From: Clostridiales bacterium
GTDB lineage: Bacteria > Bacillota > Clostridia > Christensenellales > JAISNN01
DNA length: 64,000 nt
Reading direction: 5' to 3'
Assembly (NCBI GenBank): GCA_031275485.1
Contig: JAISOS010000033.1
Coordinates: 207 to 64,206, forward strand
Shown: one piece after another, positions 9,431 to 18,637 of the stretch
Layout of the letters: every line of letters begins with the position of its first letter
Numbering within the stretch: the first letter of the stretch is position 1
Position numbers and translations under genes: made by a program
Notes under the pieces: generated by a model
What the model was told of the DNA's origin: nothing
The model's database searches: none
What the model saw: the letters and a program-made list of their open reading frames with translations, nothing else

Positions 9431-9735
9431 TAACGCTATTTATAGCGTCTCTCCGAATTCTTTGCGATCTTTTAACGCCGATACTACTATATTACCCGCA
9501 ATACTTTTACGCCTGTATCGCTACGTTTTAACAATACCTTTACTCTGATATTATTCCGATTTCTGCGATATTCAGACGCTTAAAGCATTCAGAAAAACGG
9601 AAACCCTTGCGTTTTTATTCTTTCGTATTTACAATATTTTTACTCTTGCGGTACGCTATCTCTTTTTCGTCGTAATCCCATAAAACTATTTCCGCAAACG
9701 CGTTCGGCGCGACGGCGTTCAAAATTCCCGCCGCC

Positions 9736-10032
9736 TTATATTTCACGCATACGATATTTTTCGGCTTCCTTAGGCGGAACGAATTCCGTAATGCCGGAAA
9801 GACCGCGACCCGCCGAATTAACCAAAGCGTCTATGCGCCCTTACCTCGCTCCTGCCCCGCCGACGCGCCCGTAATCGGATATGCCGAAAGCGTAATCGAT
9901 TCCATCGCCCGTCGTCGCGCTTTCCGGCGCGACGGCGGTATTGCCGCATTCCAAAAACTCCCTTAGCGCACCGCCTATTTCCGAGTCCGCGCCGGTTATG
10001 ACTATTACCTTGTTTCTTAATGCCGTTTCTTA
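9736..10032 (-). pseudogene. short-chain dehydrogenase (SDR) N-terminal remnant
   Basis: Minus-strand translation gives NKVIVITGADSEIGGAL (TGxxxGxG-like), then an in-frame stop, then GRIDALVNSAG in a shifted frame. No start codon, and truncated after about 100 aa. Confidence 0.6.
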
Positions 10033-10118
10033 CGGTTTAGAAAATCGAAGCCGTCGCGCCGCCGCCAATCCTACTTACGGATTAAAACCCGCAGTCGCCC
10101 GACCCTATTTTTTACAAC

Positions 10119-10162
10119 TTAAAAAAGGAGTCCTTTCCCGAATAATTCAGGGAAACGACCCT
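10119..10162 (-). terminator. intrinsic terminator after rpsO
   Basis: Minus-strand gtcgtttccctgaa-ttat-ttcgggaaaggac forms about 12 bp with one mismatch and one bulge, followed by TCCTTTTTT. Confidence 0.45.
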
Positions 10163-10175
10163 TTGGGTATTTTTA

Positions 10176-10889
10176 TTACTTCCTGAGCTTCAGCTCCGCC
10201 AAGATTGCCCTGTAACGCTCAATATCTTTGACCTTCAAATATTTCAAAAGGCTACGTCTCGCGCCGACCATTTTTAAAAGTCCGCGTCTGCTGTGATTGT
10301 CCTTTTTATGCACGGAAAGATGCTCGTTGAGCTTGGCAATCCGTTGCGTCAAAAGCGCGATTTGAATCTCGGGCGAACCCGTGTCGCCCTCGTGTCTCGC
10401 GAACCTCTCGATAACGGCCGTCTTTTTGTTTTCCTTTCTTACGCTTTCGGCGACGACCTCGTCGGCGACGATATTTTCTTCCTTGACGGCGGCTTCGACG
10501 CGTCCCGTCGTTCCGGCGCTCTCTTCCGTCCCGTCGTTTTCCTCCGCTTTCGTCTGTACGTCCGTTCCGCACCCGACTTCCGTTCCCGCAGCGCCGTCTC
10601 CTTCCTCCGCTTTTGCGGCAAGCTTACTTTTAACGACTTTCGTCCGCGCGGCAACTTCGGTATTCTCCTCCGCTTTTCCCGCGCCTCCGCCGCTTGCTTC
10701 GATCTTCACGGTCGTTTCGTCCGTCGTTTCCGTTTGCGTTGCGGTTTCGTTTTTTGCCGCTTCCCCTGGCTCTTCCGCCCCGCCGATTTCCTCCGCTTTT
10801 ACTGCGGCGCCGTCGTTCGTTTCAGCTTTTGCGACCGTTTCGTCCTTCGTTTCCGCCTGCGCGGCGGCTTCGTTGTTTAACTTGTCCAT
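10176..10889 (-). CDS. rpsO: 30S ribosomal protein S15 with long N-terminal low-complexity extension
   Basis: The C-terminal ~88 aa are canonical S15 ([31 protein letters not shown]). ATG 10889 has an AAGGAGG SD. No ATG, GTG or TTG occurs near the canonical S15 start. Confidence 0.75.
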   Translation of the reverse strand: MDKLNNEAAAQAETKDETVAKAETNDGAAVKAEEIGGAEEPGEAAKNETATQTETTDETTVKIEASGGGAGKAEENTEVAARTKVVKSKLAAKAEEGDGAAGTEVGCGTDVQTKAEENDGTEESAGTTGRVEAAVKEENIVADEVVAESVRKENKKTAVIERFARHEGDTGSPEIQIALLTQRIAKLNEHLSVHKKDNHSRRGLLKMVGARRSLLKYLKVKDIERYRAILAELKLRK

Positions 10890-11055
10890 AATATTTTTAT
10901 GCCTCCTTAATTTTGGGACACGGCATGCAAATTTTCGCCGCCGTTATTTGCCTTTGCAGCGTTTCCGCGTCTATCAGGAGTAAACTCGCGGAACATCGCA
11001 AAAGGTACGTATATAAGAATACCACATTTAAAAAAAATAGTAAAGCGTTTTCAGC

Positions 11056-11564
11056 TTAAGTAGCGGACAAACGGACGGCTAAATAAAAAAAAGCGGAATA
11101 CGACCCGTTAAGCCCGTTTACCGTTCCGCAAGACTCGCTTTTCCGCATCCCGTAAAGTTTTTTTATCCGATTATAAGAGTCGGCTTTGCCCATACCAAAA
11201 GCCCTGCCGGTTTTTCCCTTTTACCGCTCCGCAAAGCTCACTTTTCCGAATCCCGCGAAGTTTTTTTTATCCAATTGTAAACGTTGGCTTTGCTCATATT
11301 TAAAACTCTGCCGATTTTGCGACCGCTCGCGCCCGCGCAAAACATTTCAATCGCGCTTTGCCGCACTTCGTCGGCGTAAGCGTGCGCCATCGGCTCGGGC
11401 GTGTACCTTCTGCCGCATATCGCGCATTTGCACGCCTGAGTTCCCGAACGGTTCCTCCCTCTGTTTTGTTGCCCCTCCGCCGCCCCGCATCTCGGGCAGA
11501 TTTTAATTAACTCATCCATATCCGAACATTATGGCGTAACGCCGTCCGTTTGTCCGCTCCTTAA
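11056..11564 (-). mobile_element. miniature IS1-family-like element (InsA-type ORF only)
   Basis: Terminal inverted repeats ttaagtagcggacaaacggacggc (11056-11079) and gccgtccgtttgtccgctccttaa (11541-11564) match at 23/24. They enclose only a 93-aa Zn-finger/HTH ORF and no DDE transposase. Confidence 0.6.
11238..11519 (-). CDS. IS1 InsA-like zinc-finger/HTH protein
   Basis: CPRCG..x..CKCAICGRRYT zinc ribbon followed by an HTH (GRKIGRVLNMSKANVYNWIKK). Confidence 0.6.
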   Translation of the reverse strand: MDELIKICPRCGAAEGQQNRGRNRSGTQACKCAICGRRYTPEPMAHAYADEVRQSAIEMFCAGASGRKIGRVLNMSKANVYNWIKKTSRDSEK

Positions 11565-11632
11565 TTTATTAATATTTTAATACGGTTTTTTAATTTAAAT
11601 TACGGTTAAAAAGCGCGTTTCTTTGAACGCGG

Positions 11633-12439
11633 TTATTTTCCGCTTTTTATTTCGTCCTTATATTTACCGTAAGACACTACTGCGTAATATGTGAACAAAG
11701 CCGCCGCTCCGAGCAGGATTATTAGCCACGAATACGCCCAAATTCCCCCGACGAGCACTGACACGGATAGGTACGCCGCGACGGTCCAGATTGAAATCAA
11801 CGCGCTTACGCGGAAGCGGACGCCTCCGCTTTTTTTACCGGACCGCCCCGCTATCACGGAGTCCGCCGTCAGCCAAAGAGCGGCGAAGCAAATAAATGCG
11901 AGCCACGTTTTAGTCCACGCGCCCGTAATAAACGATACGGAAAAATACGCGAGCAACGTAGCCGCCAAAAAAATCATTAGTATCAGAAAGCGCGTCCTGC
12001 CGTTCTTTTGGTTTACCGCGGCGTTTTTCGCGCCGATAACGAACGCCGCGACGGCGTAGAGTACGCCGCCCGAGAGCATAATAAGCCACGTCGAGCCCCA
12101 TTTGTCCCTTAAAGCGAAAGACACGCCGATATAGACTATGACTAAGAGGACAAAATACAGCGCGGACAGACTGGTCATAAGCTTTGAGTAGGTCCAAATC
12201 GTGCGCGCGGGCGTATTCGCGTCTATATTTTTCAATATGTCGGTGTAGTCCCCGACCGCCTCTATGCTTTTGTCGTAGCTTTCCTTATCGGAAAAGCCCT
12301 GCGCCTTAAATTCGTCGTACCTATCCGAGAGGTTCGCGAGCATTTCCTCCTTGAAATCGCTCAAAGCCTTCGACTGCTTGTAGCTTGAAAATTGCTTGTC
12401 CAAATACTTTCTGAATTCCTCTTTCATAATTATATTCAT
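11633..12439 (-). CDS. membrane protein with helical N-terminal domain, PadR-associated
   Basis: Soluble helical N-terminus (EFRKYLDKQFSSY..DFKEEMLANLSDRYDEF) followed by about 6 TM segments. Lies downstream of a PadR regulator, a common pairing. Confidence 0.55.
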   Translation of the reverse strand: MNIIMKEEFRKYLDKQFSSYKQSKALSDFKEEMLANLSDRYDEFKAQGFSDKESYDKSIEAVGDYTDILKNIDANTPARTIWTYSKLMTSLSALYFVLLVIVYIGVSFALRDKWGSTWLIMLSGGVLYAVAAFVIGAKNAAVNQKNGRTRFLILMIFLAATLLAYFSVSFITGAWTKTWLAFICFAALWLTADSVIAGRSGKKSGGVRFRVSALISIWTVAAYLSVSVLVGGIWAYSWLIILLGAAALFTYYAVVSYGKYKDEIKSGK

Positions 12440-12712
12440 TCCTCCAATTTATTTTTATATTTTATTATTTTTACATTATACCGTATTTGATCGTTTACGA
12501 AAGGCGCGCGCATTAGATATTCGCGTCCTTTTCTCGTTTCAACCGTTAAAACGCTAAAACGCTCCTCTCGGCTTCCGTTTTTTTTTGCGTTTCAGAATTC
12601 ATTTTTGCGGCATTTCCGCACCGCTCTTATCCGGCGGCTTTCATTCGTAAAAAGCACGCGCAAGCCGATATTCACGCCCTGTGTTTTCTCCTTTTCGGAC
12701 GCGCCGCACTCT

Positions 12713-12823
12713 TTATTCCTTATGTATAAAGAACCTGATATCTTGCTTTGTTTGTCCCGATAAACTTTTTGAACGTCCCGCGTAAATCTTTCCGCTCTTG
12801 CCGGTTACGCCGTAATATTCGCG
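12713..12823 (-). pseudogene. duplicated PadR C-terminal fragment
   Basis: REYYGVTGKSGKIYAGRSKS resembles RRYYSITDKGRKVYAEKLKE in the intact padR. The DNA copy is offset 125 bp, out of frame, directly after the padR stop. Confidence 0.5.
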
Positions 12824-12825
12824 CT

Positions 12826-13170
12826 TTATACCGTTGCGGGATCGTTCCTCCTTATCAACGTATTCAGTATCCTGTCTATATCTATCCATTCCTTGAGCTT
12901 TTCGGCGTATACCTTCCTGCCCTTGTCGGTTATACTGTAATATCTGCGTCTCGCGCCGCCGATACTGTCGCCCCAATAAGTGCAAATAGAACCGTCCAGC
13001 TCCATACGCCTGAAAGCGGTATAAATCGTCGCGTCCTTGATGTCTATGCGTCCCTCCGAGTCCTCCAATATCCGTTTGGTAATTTCATACCCGTAGCTGT
13101 CTTTTTCGAACAGTATTTTTAAAATAACGGTTTCGGTATGTCCCCTTAAAATATCGCTTGAAAAAGTCAT
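12826..13170 (-). CDS. PadR family transcriptional regulator
   Basis: LKILFEKDSYGYEITKRI.., IYTAFRRMELDG, RRRYYSITDKGRK winged-helix motifs. Confidence 0.85.
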   Translation of the reverse strand: MTFSSDILRGHTETVILKILFEKDSYGYEITKRILEDSEGRIDIKDATIYTAFRRMELDGSICTYWGDSIGGARRRYYSITDKGRKVYAEKLKEWIDIDRILNTLIRRNDPATV

Positions 13171-13200
13171 TGGCTCACCCGCTTTCTTATATTTGGAATT

Positions 13201-13357
13201 CCGTATGTACGTCCGTTCCGGCCGCGCGCAATCCGACCGTGTACAATTTAACCGCGCATAATACGACCGTATGTAATCCAGTTAAATTCAATCATCCCTT
13301 ACGCGTTTCGATTATCCGCATTCCAATAGCTACACGTAATCCGACCGTATGTAATCA
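13201..13357. promoter_or_regulatory. cluster of four CCGT(A/G)TGTA(C/A) direct repeats (candidate PadR operators)
   Basis: ccgtatgtac 13201-13210, aatccgaccgtgtacaat 13230-13247, aatacgaccgtatgtaat 13260-13277, aatccgaccgtatgtaat 13338-13355. All lie 30-190 bp upstream of padR. Confidence 0.4.
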
Positions 13358-13619
13358 GATTATGTATATAATATCATTTTATACACTCCGTGTCAAGAGT
13401 TTTTCAAAAATTTCCCGTAATTTTCGCATTTTCTTCAATAATCTATGACATCTCCCGAAATCCGCGAGCTTTTACACGAAATTTCCGAACCGCATCGAAA
13501 CCCCTAATTTTACGGGATTTTCTACGGAATTCTCAAGCCTTTTCAAAATCCTCCCGCCGGCCGCATACGCGTTTAGCCTAACCGTCATAAAATATATATT
13601 TTTTCTATACATTAGCCGC

Positions 13620-13648
13620 TTGACTAAAAATTAAACTTATGCTAAAAT
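13620..13648 (+). promoter_or_regulatory. sigma-A-like promoter motif
   Basis: TTGACT, 17 nt, TAAAAT. Lies 189 nt upstream of the HD-domain gene ATG. Motif match only. Confidence 0.3.
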
Positions 13649-13836
13649 TTATAAAAGAGTATAATAATCAAACTTTTAAATATATTAAAAAGAAAAAATT
13701 TTTTGTATTTTCCTTCAAAGTTAATCCGTATATAGGGTTTGGAAAATACGTATTAAAAAAATTTTCGCTATTAAAAAGACCGCGAACTTCCGGCTCGGAA
13801 ATTCCGAAAAAATCTTAAATACCGCAAGGAAAAATC

Positions 13837-14400
13837 ATGCACGAAAAAATCGACCGCGAGGTGGCGTTCGCTTTGCTGAAAAGGTATAACGAAAACGAAT
13901 TTCACATAAAACACGCCCTTACCGTAGAGGGCGTAATGCGTTATTTCGCCAATGAATACGGCTTCGCGGAGGACGCGGATTTTTGGGGCGCGGTCGGGCT
14001 TTTGCACGACCTCGACTTTGAGCTGTACCCAGAGTCGCACTGCGTCAAGGAGCGGGAAATCCTGCGCGAAAACGGCTATTCGGAAGAATTTATCCGCGCC
14101 GTCGCGAGTCACGGATACCTTTTGACCGTCGATATAGAGCCGAAGCATTTTATGGAAAAAGTTCTGTACGCGACGGACGAGCTGACGGGATTGATCGGCG
14201 CGGTCACGCTTATGCGCCCGTCGAAAAGCGTATCCGATCTGGAAGTCTCCTCCGTCAAAAAAAAGTACAAAAACCTCAATTTCGCGGCGGGTTGCTCGCG
14301 AACCGTCATAGAACGCGGCGCGGAATACTTGGGTTGGACTTTGGACGAATTAATTGAAAAAACTATTCTCGCTATGCGCTCCGCGGGCGGTGGTCCGTAA
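13837..14400 (+). CDS. HD-domain phosphohydrolase
   Basis: HALTVEG..., LLHDLDFE (HD motif), ASHGY. AAGGAAAA SD. Confidence 0.7.
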   Translation: MHEKIDREVAFALLKRYNENEFHIKHALTVEGVMRYFANEYGFAEDADFWGAVGLLHDLDFELYPESHCVKEREILRENGYSEEFIRAVASHGYLLTVDIEPKHFMEKVLYATDELTGLIGAVTLMRPSKSVSDLEVSSVKKKYKNLNFAAGCSRTVIERGAEYLGWTLDELIEKTILAMRSAGGGP

Positions 14401-14470
14401 GTTCTTCTTTAAACCGAAAATTACGGGATTATAAAAGTAAAAATCATAAATCATACCTCGGCGGTCTTCT

Positions 14471-14515
14471 AAGCCCGCAAAAGGTTTTTCCCTCGCAAGC
14501 CTCTCCAAAATAATC
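14471..14515 (-). repeat. REP1, degenerate copy
   Basis: aagcccgcaaaaggtttttccctcgcaagcctctccaaaataatc. Faces the HD-gene stop (71 bp). Confidence 0.4.
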
Positions 14516-14580
14516 TCGGATTTTTCGCGAAACTATTGCCGGAAAGACGACGTCTCTCTTTGCATAAAATACGGCGTCGA

Positions 14581-14629
14581 AACTTTTTTTGAAAAGCGGC
14601 GCGAGCGAGAACCTTTTTTTAATAAATTT
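14581..14629 (+). repeat. REP1, truncated copy
   Basis: aactttttttgaaaagcggcgcgagcgagaaccttttttt..aaattt. Faces the start of the next CDS (35 bp). Confidence 0.4.
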
Positions 14630-14663
14630 CAAATAAAACGAAAAATGAGGACGGAATTGCCCT

Positions 14664-15803
14664 ATGAAAAAAGAGACCGTATGCGTACACGGAACCGATG
14701 AAAGCCCGTTCGACGAGCGCACGGGAGCGGTCAGCGTGCCGATTTATCAGAGCGCTACGTTCAGGCATCCCTCGCTCGGCAAAAGCACGGGATTCGACTA
14801 TTCGCGTATGCAAAACCCGACGCGTCTCGCCCTCGAAAAAACCGTCGCCGCCCTCGAAAACGGCGCGGAGGCTTTCGCCTACTCTACGGGTATGGCGGCG
14901 GTCGCTTCCCTCGCGGAGCTGTTCTCGCCGGGCGACAGAATTATCGCCTCGTCGGACTTGTACGGCGGCGTCATCAGACTGTTCGACAACATATCCAAAA
15001 AGAACGGCGTCGCGACGGATTATACGGACACGTCGGATTTGACCGCAATCGAAAGCCTTATAACAAAGGACACGAAAGCGGTTTTTATCGAAACGCCGTC
15101 GAACCCGATGATGGAGGTTTCGGATATCGCGGAAATCGCGAAAATCACGCGGGCTCATAACCTGCTGTTTATCGTGGACAACACCTTCCTGTCGCCGTAT
15201 TTTCAGCAACCCCTAAATCTCGGCGCGGACGCGGTAATTCACAGCGGCACAAAATTCCTCGCCGGACATAACGATACGCTCTCGGGCTTTCTCGTCGTAA
15301 AGGACGCGTGCTTAAGCGAAAAAATACGCTTTTTATACAAAACCGTCGGCGCGTGTCTCTCGCCGTTCGACGCGTGGCTGACCCTGCGCGGCATAAAAAC
15401 CCTCGCGCTCAGAATGGAAAAGCAGGAGCGCAACGCGTTTAAGATATGCGAATTTTTGCTCGGGCATAAAAAAGTAAAAAAGGTGTTGTATTCGGGCTTG
15501 CCCTCCTCCAAAGGATACGGCATAATGAAAAAGCAGACGACGGGCTTCGGCGCGATGATTTCCTTCAAGACGGACTCCGCGAAAACCGCCGAAAAAATAC
15601 TCGCGGGTACGCGCCTCATCGCTTTCGCCGAGAGCCTCGGCGGAGTCGAAACGCTCATAACCTACCCGACCGTGCAGACGCACGCCGACGTCCCCGTTTC
15701 GGAGCGCGAAAAGCGCGGAATAAACGACAGACTGCTCAGACTGTCCGTGGGAATAGAGGACGCGGACGACATAGTCGCGGATTTGGAAAACGCTATGAAA
15801 TAA
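14664..15803 (+). CDS. Cys/Met-metabolism PLP enzyme (cystathionine gamma-synthase/beta-lyase family)
   Basis: 379 aa. SGTKFLAGHND carries the PLP lysine. YSRMQNPT and ESLGGVETL motifs. Confidence 0.85.
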   Translation: MKKETVCVHGTDESPFDERTGAVSVPIYQSATFRHPSLGKSTGFDYSRMQNPTRLALEKTVAALENGAEAFAYSTGMAAVASLAELFSPGDRIIASSDLYGGVIRLFDNISKKNGVATDYTDTSDLTAIESLITKDTKAVFIETPSNPMMEVSDIAEIAKITRAHNLLFIVDNTFLSPYFQQPLNLGADAVIHSGTKFLAGHNDTLSGFLVVKDACLSEKIRFLYKTVGACLSPFDAWLTLRGIKTLALRMEKQERNAFKICEFLLGHKKVKKVLYSGLPSSKGYGIMKKQTTGFGAMISFKTDSAKTAEKILAGTRLIAFAESLGGVETLITYPTVQTHADVPVSEREKRGINDRLLRLSVGIEDADDIVADLENAMK

Positions 15804-16080
15804 CAATGCGGAGAATAACGCTTTTCCGTCCGGTTTAAACCGATAGAATCATACCGGAAAAGACGGATTCGCGCTTTCGGTTATCCCGCTCGGCGGCTTT
15901 ATATACTAGTTATGAATCGGAACCTCGTAAGACAAGCGTCATCCTTTCCGTCGTAAAACTTGTCTCTTCCGTTTAACGCAACTCTTTACGGCGGCCGTAC
16001 ATTCCGAAAGTTTTACGGCGGAAACTAAACGCCTATCCTCGCTCGATTCCGTTTATAAACGGTTGCAAAATATAACGTCG

Positions 16081-16144
16081 GAGTTTTTGGGAAGAAGGCG
16101 CGGGAGAAAGCCTTTTGTTTAAAAAAGGGTTCCCGCGTAAATTT
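16081..16144 (+). repeat. REP1 hairpin element
   Basis: gagtttttgggaagaaggcgcgggagaaagcc..gggttcccgcgtaaattt. Lies 25 bp before the ATG at 16169. Confidence 0.7.
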
Positions 16145-16168
16145 AAAAAAGGAAAAAAGGAACCGCTT

Positions 16169-17344
16169 ATGCCTCGCTACGATTTTGACAAGATCATCGA
16201 AAGAAAAAACACTTGTTCGCTGAAACACGACTGCGCGAAAGAGAGGGGTATGCCCGAAAATCTCATTCCGCTTTGGGTCGCCGATATGGATTTTTGCGCG
16301 CCGCGCGAGGTCGTCGACGCGCTGAAAAAGCGGGCGGAGCACGGCGTTTTCGGCTACTCGGAGCCCGCGAGAGAATACTTCGGCGTTCTGAAATCGTGGT
16401 TTTCAGCGCGGTTCCGCGCCGACGTCAGCAAGGAGTGGCTAATACAAACGCCGGGCATAGTGTTCGCCTTGTCCGATGCGGTCAGGGCGTTCACGGACGA
16501 AAACGACGCGGTGATAATTCAGCCGCCCGTATACTATCCGTTCGGCGAGGTCGTACGCTCCAACAACCGCCGCCTCGTGAATAACGACCTGATAAACGAC
16601 GGCGGCGCGTATTCCGTCGATTTCCGCGATTTCGAGCAAAAAGTAATCCGGAACGGCGTAAAGCTTTTTTTGCTGTGCAATCCGCATAACCCCGTAGGCA
16701 GGGTCTGGACGGAAGCCGAACTCAAAAAATTGGGCGGAATCTGTCTTGAACATAATGTTACGGTCGTTTCGGACGAGATACATTCGTGCTTTATCTACGG
16801 GGGCTTCGAGTATAAGTCCTTTTTGACTTTTCCCGAATTTTCTCGTATCTCCGTGGTCTGCACCTCGCCCGGCAAGACCTTTAACCTCGCTGGGCTACAA
16901 CTCTCCGACATATTCATTCCCGACGCCGCGCTCTTTCGCAAATTCGCGGCGGAGCACAACAAGAGCGGTTACAGCCAATTGAACGCCTTCGCCCACGCGG
17001 GCGCGCTCGCGGCGTACAAATACGGCGGCGAATGGCTGGAACAATTGCTCGCCTACCTTCAGGCAAACCGCGATTTTTTGAAGGATTACATAGAAGAAAA
17101 TATACCGAAAATCTCTATGACTCCGCCCGAAAGCACCTATCTCGCTTGGTTGGATTTCAACCGACTCGGGTTGTCCCCCGCCGAACAAAAGGATCTCGTA
17201 GTCAATAAAGCCGGGCTTTGGCTGGACAGAGGCGAGATTTTCGGCGACAACGGACGCGGCTTCGAACGGCTGAATTTCGCCTGCCCGAGAAGCGTCCTTG
17301 AACAAGCCGCCGAAAGACTGAAAAACGCCGTGAACGAATTGTGA
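16169..17344 (+). CDS. MalY/PatB-type C-S lyase (class I/II aminotransferase)
   Basis: YDFDKIIERKNTCSLKHD, LCNPHNPVGRVW and SPGKTFNLAGL motifs. Start moved to ATG 16169 because the longer ORF reads through REP1. Confidence 0.85.
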   Translation: MPRYDFDKIIERKNTCSLKHDCAKERGMPENLIPLWVADMDFCAPREVVDALKKRAEHGVFGYSEPAREYFGVLKSWFSARFRADVSKEWLIQTPGIVFALSDAVRAFTDENDAVIIQPPVYYPFGEVVRSNNRRLVNNDLINDGGAYSVDFRDFEQKVIRNGVKLFLLCNPHNPVGRVWTEAELKKLGGICLEHNVTVVSDEIHSCFIYGGFEYKSFLTFPEFSRISVVCTSPGKTFNLAGLQLSDIFIPDAALFRKFAAEHNKSGYSQLNAFAHAGALAAYKYGGEWLEQLLAYLQANRDFLKDYIEENIPKISMTPPESTYLAWLDFNRLGLSPAEQKDLVVNKAGLWLDRGEIFGDNGRGFERLNFACPRSVLEQAAERLKNAVNEL

Positions 17345-17360
17345 AAATTTTTATTTTTTA

Positions 17361-17416
17361 TTTTGAAAAAGGGGAGCCTTTTGTAAACAAAAGGCTCCCC
17401 TTTTTCAAAAAACTTT
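17361..17416 (-). repeat. REP1 hairpin element (near-perfect palindrome)
   Basis: tttgaaaaaggggagcctttt-gtaaac-aaaaggctcccctttttcaaa. Lies 17 bp after the stop of the preceding CDS. Confidence 0.7.
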
Positions 17417-17582
17417 ACCTTTTTATTATTACGCAAAGTAACGCCCCTCGCAAGCGCTCCTTTTGTAAAAACGGACAAAGTTACTCTTTCAAAAAATATC
17501 GCCGCATCCTTTCCCATATTTCCCGCAAATACTAAGCCGCGGCGCTCGGCTAAAACGTAATATAACCGTGAAAATCCTTAAT

Positions 17583-17626
17583 AGAAAAGGCGCGGGGAAA
17601 ATCTTTTCTTGCGAAACGCGTAAATT
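17583..17626 (+). repeat. REP1, truncated copy
   Basis: agaaaaggcgcggggaaaatcttttcttgcgaaacgcgtaaatt. Faces the cdaA stop (49 bp). Confidence 0.45.
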
Positions 17627-17674
17627 CCCGTTTCGCTTACAAAAATTTTATCTTTTTTTTACATTAACAAACTC

Positions 17675-18511
17675 TTATTTCCTTCTCGGACGCTCCGCCA
17701 AAAACGGAATTCTCGTTATGCCGTAAAAAGCCTCCAATTCCTGCTGAAGAATTTCGCTCGTGATATACCTCTTAATCTGCCCCTTTCTGGCTATGGAAAT
17801 GATGCCCGTTTCTTCGCTGACCACAACGGCAAGCACGTCCGGGCGTATTTCCGTAATTCCGATAGCCGCCCTGTGTCTTGTGCCCAGTTCCTTGTCGAGT
17901 TTTACCTCCTGCGAAATTTGCAAAAAACAGCCGGCGGCGATCAGCCGGTTACCCTTGATAATCAGCGCGCCGTCGTGAAGCGGACAATATTTATTAAAAA
18001 TGCTTTCGATCAGCGGCGCGGATATGACGGCGTTCAAAATCACGCCGCTGTTTATTATAATCTCGGGAAGGGCGGTCTGCGTAAAGACGATCAGCGCGCC
18101 TATGTCGTTTTTAGAGCATTTCTGCGCCGCCTTGACTATCTCGCTCACGGTCTTCAAAAGCTCGTCGTCGGACGAACGGTAGCTTTGCTCGTGCTCCAAG
18201 GGTTTGCCTATCCTCGCCAGCATAGATTTAAATTCCGACTGATACGCGACGGCGACGATCAGCGACATAAAAAAGATGACGAACAGCGCGGCGGCTTTCG
18301 CGATATATAGGATTCCGAAGAACGCGTTCAGCACGGAAACTGCAAGATACAAAAGAAAAACGCCGCCTACGATAACCGCGAGCCGCACGCTGTTTTTTCT
18401 ATAAAAAAACGTGAAAATTACGACGCCTACGGCGGCGGCGGCCAGCAAATCGAATATTATAAAAATGTTGATATTCGACAAATATTCTTTAAATCCCATA
18501 GCGAACCTCAA
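17675..18511 (-). CDS. cdaA: diadenylate cyclase CdaA
   Basis: Three N-terminal TMs plus a DAC domain (HDGALIIKGNRLIAAGCFL, GTRHRAAIGITE, VVVSEETG). Confidence 0.85.
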   Translation of the reverse strand: MRFAMGFKEYLSNINIFIIFDLLAAAAVGVVIFTFFYRKNSVRLAVIVGGVFLLYLAVSVLNAFFGILYIAKAAALFVIFFMSLIVAVAYQSEFKSMLARIGKPLEHEQSYRSSDDELLKTVSEIVKAAQKCSKNDIGALIVFTQTALPEIIINSGVILNAVISAPLIESIFNKYCPLHDGALIIKGNRLIAAGCFLQISQEVKLDKELGTRHRAAIGITEIRPDVLAVVVSEETGIISIARKGQIKRYITSEILQQELEAFYGITRIPFLAERPRRK

Positions 18512-18637
18512 TTGTTTCTCAATCGCGAATTTTATTTTTCATTTATTTATCAGATAATTTTTTCCGTATCCGATTCGTTTTTAATACTTCAAAAACGCGC
18601 TTACCGCGTAGTGCCCCGCGCGCGTTCGTTGCGCGGC

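Noticed and set aside
10293-10983. Five overlapping ORFs on both strands over the rpsO extension
   Set aside because: The low-complexity GC-rich repeat is open in many frames. I kept only the frame that is contiguous with S15 and starts at an SD-ATG.
14401-14663. Expected SAM riboswitch or T-box upstream of the Cys/Met PLP enzyme genes (also 15804-16168)
   Set aside because: No S-box core and no T-box specifier/T-box sequence (AGGGTGGNACCGCG-type) is visible. Only degenerate REP1 copies are present.
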